The position numbers and the translations under genes are program-made. A stretch of DNA of 43,626 nucleotides. Source: a bacterium. GTDB lineage: Bacteria > Desulfobacterota > DSWW01. Positions 36,765-43,626 of the stretch are shown one piece after another (position 1 is the stretch's first letter; each line of letters starts with the position of its first letter). Where the stretch lies: contig JBFLZG010000022.1 of NCBI GenBank assembly GCA_040756235.1, positions 1-43,626 of the forward strand. The letters are read 5' to 3'. The notes below the pieces were generated by a model. The model had not been told where the DNA came from. It worked only from the letters and a program-made list of their open reading frames with translations, and made no database searches.

Positions 36765-38500
36765 GATCGGCTCCTTTCCAGCATGCTCTTCAGGTTCTCT
36801 TCGAGCCGGCTGCGCTGCCCGTCCCCGAGCTCGAGAATCTCCTGAAGCGCTTCCCCTATATAAGGTATATATCTTTCGATGTAGGTCCGCTTGCGCTCCG
36901 CCTCGGCGTCCCGCCGCCTGCGCTGGACGAATCGGCCCAGCTGGCGCCCGCACTCCTGCAGGGCCAGCCGGATCTCCCGCACGATCTCCTCGTAGTCCGC
37001 CACCGCCTCCTTGCTCTCCGAAGTGAAGGGGACCCAGACCGAGGCCACGTGGACGAGGAGGACCGCGGGGCCGACCGGCAGGGCGCCCCGGCTCTGGGCG
37101 AGCCCGTATCCCTTCCAGTCGATGCTGAGGGCGGCGTCCGTCATGGCGCAGGCGGACTGCTGGAACAGTAGCGGCACGCGGTTGGCGAACCGGTGCAGGG
37201 CGATCGGCTCGTCCGCGGCAAGCTCTCCGCCGTACGCGATCCCCGCTTCGACGAGGAAGGGGTTCCCCCGGTATACGACCGGGGAGCGGCTCTTGGCGGT
37301 GTAGAAGTCGGCCCGGATCTGCTCCCGAAGGCTCTTGAGAATGACGTTCTCCCCGATCGGCGAGAGGCAATCCGTGGGCGGGGCCATGAGCTTGGTGCGG
37401 CCGATGGCCCGGAACAGCCGCTCCGCCTCTTCAGCGGTCAAGAGATGCACCTTCGCCTCGGGCTTGAGCTCCGCCCGCGCCGAGATCTCGAGCGCGGTCC
37501 GGCGGCTCACGCGCGAGAAGGCCTGGGACAGGAAGCTCGCGAGACGCTGGCCTTTCGAGGCCTTCAGCATCCCCTGCAGGATCCCCAGCTCCACCCCGTA
37601 GGGGTGCGGCCGGATCTCCCGCGGGTCCGGCGGCAGGACTTCCACCACCCGCGGGAAGTGCATCGGGTCCCCCTTGGGCGCCGTGTACCGGATCTCGACG
37701 TGAGGGTTGGCCAGGGCGGTCTGCTGCAGGTAGGTGTCGATCGAGTGCCTCCCCTTCTGATACCGCCCCTCGAGTTCGATCTCCACGCGGGTACCGCAGC
37801 CCTTGCCCTGCCACTCGACCTCGGCCTCCTTCAGGACGATGGGCTGATTGCGCTCGGTGTCGAGCTGGATCTCGTAGTAATGGGCGGGCTTGCCCGGTCT
37901 GCTGCAAGAGGAGATGGCGACCGGCTTGCCCGTGGTGAGTTGCCCGTACATGCCCGCCGCCGAGATCCCGATCCCCTGCTGCCCCCGGCTCTGCTTGAGG
38001 GTGTGGAACTTGGAGCCGTAGAGGAGCTTGCCGAAGATCTTCGGGATCTGCTGCCGTACGATGCCGGGGCCGTTGTCCTGGACGATCACGCGGAAGCGCG
38101 TTTCCTCGATCTGCCGGATCTCGACCTGGATTTCCGGCAGGAGGTGCGCCTCCTGGCAGGCATCCAGCGAATTGTCGACCGCCTCCTTGACCGTGGCTAG
38201 GAGGGCGCGGCCCGGATTGTCGAATCCGAGAAGATGGCGGTTCTTGGTGAAGAACTCGGAGACCGATATCTCGCGCTGCCGGAGCGCCAGGGCCTGCGCC
38301 GTCACCGCGGGCTGGGGCGGCCTGCGGCCGGGGCGTGCCTCCGGCACCACGCTCGGAAGATCCGCCTGAGGCGGTTGCACCGCGGCTGCAGGGGCTGCAG
38401 GGAGCGCCTCTCCTGCGGCGGCTGCGGCTGCGCGCTTGAGCTGCTCTCGCTTGCGGAGCTGGCTCACGTGCTCTCGTCTGGAGGCCTTCGGCTCGGCCAT
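36761..38500 (-). CDS. top6B: DNA topoisomerase VI subunit B (GHKL ATPase)
   Basis: SVSEFF, KEAVDNSLDA, DNGPG, LLYGSKF, SRGQQGIGIS, RFANRVPL, VPFTSESKE. Confidence 0.95.
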   Translation of the reverse strand: MAEPKASRREHVSQLRKREQLKRAAAAAAGEALPAAPAAAVQPPQADLPSVVPEARPGRRPPQPAVTAQALALRQREISVSEFFTKNRHLLGFDNPGRALLATVKEAVDNSLDACQEAHLLPEIQVEIRQIEETRFRVIVQDNGPGIVRQQIPKIFGKLLYGSKFHTLKQSRGQQGIGISAAGMYGQLTTGKPVAISSCSRPGKPAHYYEIQLDTERNQPIVLKEAEVEWQGKGCGTRVEIELEGRYQKGRHSIDTYLQQTALANPHVEIRYTAPKGDPMHFPRVVEVLPPDPREIRPHPYGVELGILQGMLKASKGQRLASFLSQAFSRVSRRTALEISARAELKPEAKVHLLTAEEAERLFRAIGRTKLMAPPTDCLSPIGENVILKSLREQIRADFYTAKSRSPVVYRGNPFLVEAGIAYGGELAADEPIALHRFANRVPLLFQQSACAMTDAALSIDWKGYGLAQSRGALPVGPAVLLVHVASVWVPFTSESKEAVADYEEIVREIRLALQECGRQLGRFVQRRRRDAEAERKRTYIERYIPYIGEALQEILELGDGQRSRLEENLKSMLERSRS

Positions 38501-38578
38501 CGATCTTCCCTGTTGTGTCTGCACCTGCTCAGGTGCAGCTGGTTGCGCGCTCTCGGGACGGCCCGAAAGCGGCCCTTT

Positions 38579-38607
38579 TGTATACTGGAACAGATCCGCT
38601 ATTTCAA
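38579..38607 (-). promoter_or_regulatory. Candidate sigma70 promoter for top6B-top6A
   Basis: Minus strand TTGAAA-17 bp-TATACA. Confidence 0.55.
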
Positions 38608-38666
38608 GGTTCTCTTGCCGGCGGGCACGGCGCGGCGTTGCAGCCGCCCGGCCCCCGCGCTCCCGG

Positions 38667-38695
38667 TTGACATAGTATACGTCCTGCTGCAAGCT
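38667..38695 (+). promoter_or_regulatory. Candidate sigma70 promoter for the Crp/Fnr gene
   Basis: TTGACA-17 bp-CAAGCT. Confidence 0.45.
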
Positions 38696-38743
38696 CTCGA
38701 TACCTGCGGGCCTTTTTCCGCGGAGTATCGAAGGAGGGCGCTC

Positions 38744-39436
38744 TTGTCCTCGATCTTGATACAGAAGGCCTTTGACGCATCGCCTCTGTTCGAAGGAATA
38801 CCGCCATCGGACCGGGCCGACCTGCTGACGATCGCCTTTCAGAGAATGCTCCCGAAGAACTCCCCGCTCTTTCACGAGGGCGATGAGGCCGCCGGGTTCT
38901 ACATGGTCGTCACCGGCAAGGTCAGGGTGTTCAAGGTGTCCTCCGAAGGAAAAGAGCACATCCTCCACATTTTCGGCCCCGGAGAGCCGGTCGGAGAGGT
39001 TGCGGTCTTCGCAGGAAAGCACTTTCCGGCTTTTGCCTCCACCCTGGAGGACTGCCGTCTGCTCTATTTCCCCAGGAACCGCTTTCTGGATCTCGCCTCC
39101 AGAAAGCCGCAGATCCTGTTGAACATGCTTGCGACCCTTTCGCTGCGCCTGCGGCGATTCACGCAGAAGATCGAGAGTCTTTCCCTCAAAGAGGTCGCTG
39201 CCAGACTGGCCGGGGTCCTGCTCGAGCTGCCTGCGGACGCGAACGCACCCGGAGCCGTCCGACTCCCGGCCACCAAGTCACACCTCGCCAGTGAGATCGG
39301 AACGACGCCCGAGACCCTCTCCCGGACGTTTCAGAAGATGAGCCGCCAGGGCCTGATCCGGGTGGAGCGCAACCGGATACAGCTCCTGGACCGGCAGGCC
39401 CTGGCAAGCCTCGCCGCAGGGGAAATCCGTTCTTGA
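38744..39436 (+). CDS. Crp/Fnr-family transcriptional regulator (HcpR/Dnr-like)
   Basis: cNMP-binding fold LFHEGD...GEVAVF, HTH IGTTPETLSR; no N-terminal Fnr cysteines; TTG after AGGAGG. Confidence 0.9.
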   Translation: MSSILIQKAFDASPLFEGIPPSDRADLLTIAFQRMLPKNSPLFHEGDEAAGFYMVVTGKVRVFKVSSEGKEHILHIFGPGEPVGEVAVFAGKHFPAFASTLEDCRLLYFPRNRFLDLASRKPQILLNMLATLSLRLRRFTQKIESLSLKEVAARLAGVLLELPADANAPGAVRLPATKSHLASEIGTTPETLSRTFQKMSRQGLIRVERNRIQLLDRQALASLAAGEIRS

Positions 39437-40122
39437 AGACCAAGACCTCGCGCGATTCGAGGCGGCAGGGCGCCGGGCCCGACCGCATGCAAGCCCTTCA
39501 GGACGTGCTGAACGCCTCCCCTGTTTACGCCCATTTGCGCATGCGAGTCCTTGCCGTCTCGCCCGGGTCCTCCCGCGTCGAGCTCGCGGCCGCAGAGGAG
39601 GTGCGGAACCTGCACGGCAAGGTCCACGGAGGCATCCTGGCCACATTGGTGGATTCGGCGTGCGGAATCGCCCTCGGAACCCTGCTGGAAGCGGGGGAGT
39701 CGCTCGTCACACTGGATCTTCGCGTCAACTACATCGCTCCGGCAGAGGACGGGACATTGATAGCGGACGGCAAGGTCGTCCACCTCGGGCGGCAGACCGG
39801 AGTGGCCGAGGCGACGGTCACCGGACCGGGAAACCGCCTGCTCGCCAAAGGCATGGCGACCCACTTCGTACAGCAGAAGAAGACCCCGCCTTCCCGCCAG
39901 GAGCCCGGGACGGGCGCAGCAAGCAGCGCCCCTACAACCCCGGGGCGGAGTGCGGGGGATGCCCCGCGCGAGAGACGAGGGCGAGCCTGCGGAGGCCGTC
40001 CCGAGGCCCGCCAGGCTGGTGCGACCCGTGAACACCCGGCCCGGGACGAGGGACGAAAAAGTCGCCCCGCCCGAAGGGCCGTAGTCTCGACCCTTGGGAG
40101 GAGAACGGCCGGAGCGTTCTGA
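39433..40122 (+). CDS. PaaI-family hotdog thioesterase with low-complexity C-terminal tail
   Basis: NLHGKVHGGILATLVD, TLDLRVNY; start 39433 (TTG) or 39487 (ATG). Confidence 0.85.
   Translation: MKTKTSRDSRRQGAGPDRMQALQDVLNASPVYAHLRMRVLAVSPGSSRVELAAAEEVRNLHGKVHGGILATLVDSACGIALGTLLEAGESLVTLDLRVNYIAPAEDGTLIADGKVVHLGRQTGVAEATVTGPGNRLLAKGMATHFVQQKKTPPSRQEPGTGAASSAPTTPGRSAGDAPRERRGRACGGRPEARQAGATREHPARDEGRKSRPARRAVVSTLGRRTAGAF
39911..39937. repeat. GTAG-type REP unit inside the thioesterase ORF tail
   Basis: Exact 27-bp reverse complement of 2438-2464. Confidence 0.85.
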
Positions 40123-40235
40123 GCCCGAGGCGATCGAGGCGGGGCACCCTCCGCACTGCACTTGATCCCGGCCGGGTCGCAGCATGCGCCCGGCGCCGGA
40201 TCCGGGTACTCCCGGGGCACATCGGGCGAACCGGT

Positions 40236-41384
40236 TCAGCCGGTCAGGATCTCACTGACCATATCCGCAACATGGGAGGCAATGGCAGGAGAAGCGGTCA
40301 GCCCCGGAGAGTCGATGCCGATCAGGTGGATGACCCGCCGGCAATTCCTGTCGGCCTGGATCTGAAAGTCGCGGAAACCCTCCTCCCCGGGTGCGCGCAG
40401 GCAGGGACGGATGCCGCAATGCGCCAACCGCAAGTCCTCTTTCTCGAGGCCGGGAAAGAACTGCTTGACTGGCAGAAAGAACCTGAGAAAATCGGGTGAC
40501 TGCGGGTCCAGGTCTCCTTCCGGGGTGAAAACCGGCATCGTCCGATAATCCTCCTTTCCCGCCGCGTACCTTGCGTCCGGGCCGACCAGCACGGTGCCGT
40601 CCCAGAGCTTCGTCAGATGGATGCCCAGCCCGAGCGATCCCGGGCACGGATACACGGCTCCGGAGACCAGGTCCGCCTTTCTGCCTGCGATGGAGAAGTA
40701 ATCGCCGCGCACCGGGTGGATGCGAAAGGAGCTGCCCAGTAGGTTGGCGACCTCATCCGCGTGAAGGCCGGCCGCATTCACGAAGCACCTCGCCCCTACG
40801 GTCCCTCTTCTTTCGGTCTCTACCTCGACCCAGCCGCCCTTGACTTCGAGCCCGACGACCGGAGTCCTCTTGAGCACGATCACGCCCTGGGCATAGAGAA
40901 GGCCCTCCACCGTCCGGAACCACTGCGCCACGTCGAAGACCCCGGTAGAAGGGACGTACAGGGCGGCGAATGCGCGCACCGCCGGCTCTTTCTTCCGGAT
41001 GTCTCCGGCGTCCAGGAGCCGCAGGCCCTCGACCCCGTTTCGTTCCCCCTGAGACTCGAGCTTCTCCAGGGTGGAGACCTCGTCCTGCGAGGAGGCGAGG
41101 ACGAGCTTGCCGGTGCGCACGCACGGAATGGCGTGGCGTTCGCAGAAGGCAACCAGCGCGCGATTGCCGGCCACGCAAAACCGGGCCTTCAGAGAATCTT
41201 CAGGATAGTAGATACCGGCGTGCAGGACGTAGCTGTTCCGCGTGCTGGTCCCATCGCCCAGATAGGAGCCCTTCTCCAGGAGGAAAACCGTGGCAGAGCT
41301 CGCACGTCTGGAGATTTCCAGCGCCACCGAGCATCCTACGATTCCGCCCCCTGCGATGACGACGTCCGCTATGCCTTCCACCAT
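40236..41384 (-). CDS. FAD-dependent oxidoreductase, L-2-hydroxyglutarate oxidase (LhgO)-like
   Basis: IAGGGIVG, TSTRNSYVLHAGIYY, LGIHLT, GIRP, GIDSPGLTAS. Confidence 0.88.
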   Translation of the reverse strand: MVEGIADVVIAGGGIVGCSVALEISRRASSATVFLLEKGSYLGDGTSTRNSYVLHAGIYYPEDSLKARFCVAGNRALVAFCERHAIPCVRTGKLVLASSQDEVSTLEKLESQGERNGVEGLRLLDAGDIRKKEPAVRAFAALYVPSTGVFDVAQWFRTVEGLLYAQGVIVLKRTPVVGLEVKGGWVEVETERRGTVGARCFVNAAGLHADEVANLLGSSFRIHPVRGDYFSIAGRKADLVSGAVYPCPGSLGLGIHLTKLWDGTVLVGPDARYAAGKEDYRTMPVFTPEGDLDPQSPDFLRFFLPVKQFFPGLEKEDLRLAHCGIRPCLRAPGEEGFRDFQIQADRNCRRVIHLIGIDSPGLTASPAIASHVADMVSEILTG

Positions 41385-41713
41385 GCCCTCTTTTCGGCGG
41401 TGCATCCGGAGAACGACTCTACAGCAACCCTCCCGAGGACGCCAGAACGCGGGCATTCGTCGCACAGAGAGGGCCCGGGGCATGCCGGAGAATCGATCAT
41501 AACGGCAGGGGGTTTCGGCTTCGGGACGGGATGGGCCGGAGCGCTTTTCACTGTGATCCGGCCCGCTCGGCAGAGGGCCGCGCGCCGGTCACACGGCAGG
41601 CAAAGCGAGCACGAAGCGATCCCGCGCGCAGCCGACCGGCCAGGAAAGAAGACGGAGCATACGGTTCGTATGCTCCTCTTCTTTTCCCACCGAGAAGATG
41701 TCCTCGATGTGTG

Positions 41714-42061
41714 CTAGATCTTCGCCTGCAGGAAGATGGCGATGATGAACGTGTAGAGAACGAGGGATTCGATCAGGGCGAGCCCGATGATCATCGGGAC
41801 GAACATCTTGTCTGCAGCGCCCGGGTTCCGGGCAATGCCTTCGAGCGCAGCGGCCGCCGTCCTGCCCTGCCCCAGACCGCCACCGAAAGCGGCCAGGCCC
41901 AGACCGAGACCCGCACCGATGGCCAGACCGAATTTCATCAGGAAGTTGCCATCGGTTCCACCGGCCGCTTCCCCTTCCTGGGCTGCCGCGACCATCGGCA
42001 GGACCAGAGTCACGAAGGCCACCAGCGCTGCCACTCGAAGTAATCCCTTTCGCCTTTCCAT
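41714..42061 (-). CDS. atpE: ATP synthase Fo subunit c
   Basis: Gly-rich helix, loop ARNP, ion-binding LALIESL; N-terminal signal-like extension. Confidence 0.96.
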   Translation of the reverse strand: MERRKGLLRVAALVAFVTLVLPMVAAAQEGEAAGGTDGNFLMKFGLAIGAGLGLGLAAFGGGLGQGRTAAAALEGIARNPGAADKMFVPMIIGLALIESLVLYTFIIAIFLQAKI

Positions 42062-42194
42062 TCCTTTCGCTCCTTTCTGTGCTATAGGGTCCGCCTTAGC
42101 GTTACAACTTCCCGGGTGTTTGACCTTCGGCCGCTGCCCGGCGCCGGTCCGCCGTCAGGCCGGGTCCGGCTTGCCGGACTGCGATATCCCGCTC

Positions 42195-42887
42195 TCAGTG
42201 CTCGTGCGACACGGCCAGTGCGATGTAGACAGTAGCCAGCACGGCAAAGACGAATGCCTGAATCAGCGCGACCACGATCGTCAGGATCATGAAGACGACC
42301 GGCAGGACCAGAGGAACGAGGTCCGAGAAGATCCCGAGCACCATGTGGTCGCCGAACATGTTGCCGAAGAGTCGGATGGAGAGAGACATGGGGCGGAACA
42401 GATGGCTCAGCATCTCGATCAGGAACATCAGGGGAGAGAGCCAGAGAATCGGGCCGGCGAACTGCTTCAGGTAGCTGACGCCGTGCTCTTTGATGCCCTG
42501 GTAGTTGTAATAGAGGAAGACGATTCCGGCCATTGCCAGATTGGTGTTCAGGTTGTCCGTGGCGGGAACGAATCCGGGGATGACGCCCAGGATGTTGGCG
42601 AAGAAGATGTAGAGGAACAGGGCCCCGATCAGGGTCATGTACCGGTCGCCGTGGTGCCCGATGATGCTGCGGAGCTGACCCTGCAGGGCCTGCACCACGA
42701 TCTCACAGATATTGCGGACCGAGAAGCGGGCTTCCGGCACCAGCGGATCCTGCGCCTTACGCAGGCTGGCTCGGATTCTCCACGAGACCACGAACAGGAT
42801 CAGAAGCGCCAGCAGGGCGTGGAACACGTGCATCGGCACGAGTCCGGCCAGGGGAGTGATCGAGTACCACGTAAAGGCATGTTCCAT
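42195..42887 (-). CDS. atpB: ATP synthase Fo subunit a
   Basis: RPMSLSIRLFGNM (essential Arg), IQAFVF. Confidence 0.96.
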   Translation of the reverse strand: MEHAFTWYSITPLAGLVPMHVFHALLALLILFVVSWRIRASLRKAQDPLVPEARFSVRNICEIVVQALQGQLRSIIGHHGDRYMTLIGALFLYIFFANILGVIPGFVPATDNLNTNLAMAGIVFLYYNYQGIKEHGVSYLKQFAGPILWLSPLMFLIEMLSHLFRPMSLSIRLFGNMFGDHMVLGIFSDLVPLVLPVVFMILTIVVALIQAFVFAVLATVYIALAVSHEH

Positions 42888-42915
42888 CGTCTCGCCTTTC
42901 GTTCAAGCCAATCGG

Positions 42916-43281
42916 CTACACAAACAGGATGCCGTGCAGGAAAATCGAGATGACCAGGCAAAGAGTCCCTGCGAAGAAGGGTAGGATGGGCATTTTCAGG
43001 TACACGAGGCTGATGCCCACGGCCCCCAGGAATAGAAAAAAGAGCAGAAACAGCCCGGCCAGGAACCCTCCTCTCTGAGCGCCCTGCTTTTCCCAGATCC
43101 GACGCACGAATCTCCACAGAAAGTGGAAATTACCCAGCATCAGGATGCCGCCGGTCAGGACGCTCAGAAGTGTCTGCCACTGTCCCGTAAAGACAAAGAA
43201 CCCGACGGCAACGGGGATCAGGATCACCAGCGTGTCACGCTCGATCCGGTTGAGCTTGCGGACTCCGCCTTCAAGATGCAT
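42916..43281 (-). CDS. atpI: ATP synthase subunit I (4-TM accessory protein)
   Basis: Four hydrophobic segments, position immediately upstream of atpB; start approximate. Confidence 0.75.
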   Translation of the reverse strand: MHLEGGVRKLNRIERDTLVILIPVAVGFFVFTGQWQTLLSVLTGGILMLGNFHFLWRFVRRIWEKQGAQRGGFLAGLFLLFFLFLGAVGISLVYLKMPILPFFAGTLCLVISIFLHGILFV

Positions 43282-43301
43282 GGCGCCAGTGCATTCGCGG
43301 C

Positions 43302-43520
43302 CTATATTTTCTTTTTCAAGAGCTCCCACAGCTTCACGAAATTGATGATCCCGGCCACCACGCCCAGGAACAGGAACACGATGGTGAGGATCGGCTCGGT
43401 GTCGAACAGTCGATCCAGGAAATAGCCGCCCAGGGTCCCGGCCGCCACCGAGAGGCCCATCTCGAAGGCCAGCGCCCCATAGATGGCCAACCGCTTCCAG
43501 TCCGGCTTTTCGTTCTCGAT
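43302..43520 (-). CDS. AtpZ/AtpI-family 2-TM ATP synthase accessory protein
   Basis: GGYFLDRLFDTEP motif; start either TTG 43490 or non-canonical ATC 43520. Confidence 0.82.
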   Translation of the reverse strand: MENEKPDWKRLAIYGALAFEMGLSVAAGTLGGYFLDRLFDTEPILTIVFLFLGVVAGIINFVKLWELLKKKI

Positions 43521-43536
43521 CGTCCCGCCCTCTCAA

Positions 43537-43626
43537 GAGGCTGTCGATAAACGGCCATCTGCGGCGTTGGGGGCCAGCCCAGACACACAGGGCGACGGGC
43601 ACAGATGCCGCGATACTCACTGTGAC
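43537..43626. repeat. Partial copy of the MITE-like element, truncated by window end
   Basis: First 30 bp identical to 4451-4480 and to the reverse complement of 32854-32883. Confidence 0.85.

Noticed and set aside
41714..43520. Incomplete ATP synthase operon as gene loss
   Set aside because: Separation of atpIBE from atpFHAGDC is a common arrangement in deltaproteobacteria

Overview
GC-rich chromosomal segment from an anaerobic deltaproteobacterium-like organism (Desulfobacterota/Myxococcota-type gene content; taxonomy is inference). About 41 CDS: an FtsH paralogue, an acyl-CoA synthetase, two tungsten-type aldehyde:ferredoxin oxidoreductases (one divergent from a MoaD), a complete phosphate regulon (porin-pstSCAB-phoU-phoB-phoR) with four tandem Pho-box units, CobA- and PduO-type corrinoid adenosyltransferases, paaK plus an ACT protein, an OYE-type flavoenzyme, nnrU, archaeal-type topoisomerase VI (top6B-top6A), a Crp/Fnr regulator and the Fo half of a split ATP synthase operon. 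No tRNA, rRNA, CRISPR array, integrase or transposase was recognised. The two best candidates for an uncharacterised system are (1) a sigma54-driven operon encoding a small unknown protein, a lysine 2,3-aminomutase, two Ddl-like ATP-grasp ligases and a GNAT, controlled by an enhancer-binding protein with a degenerate receiver domain and three CGGAA-N7-TTCCT sites, and (2) a family of five non-coding 'Russian-doll' palindromic elements whose terminal stems covary between copies, three of which dock immediately upstream of ribosome-binding sites. All calls come from reading motifs by eye; no database search was run.
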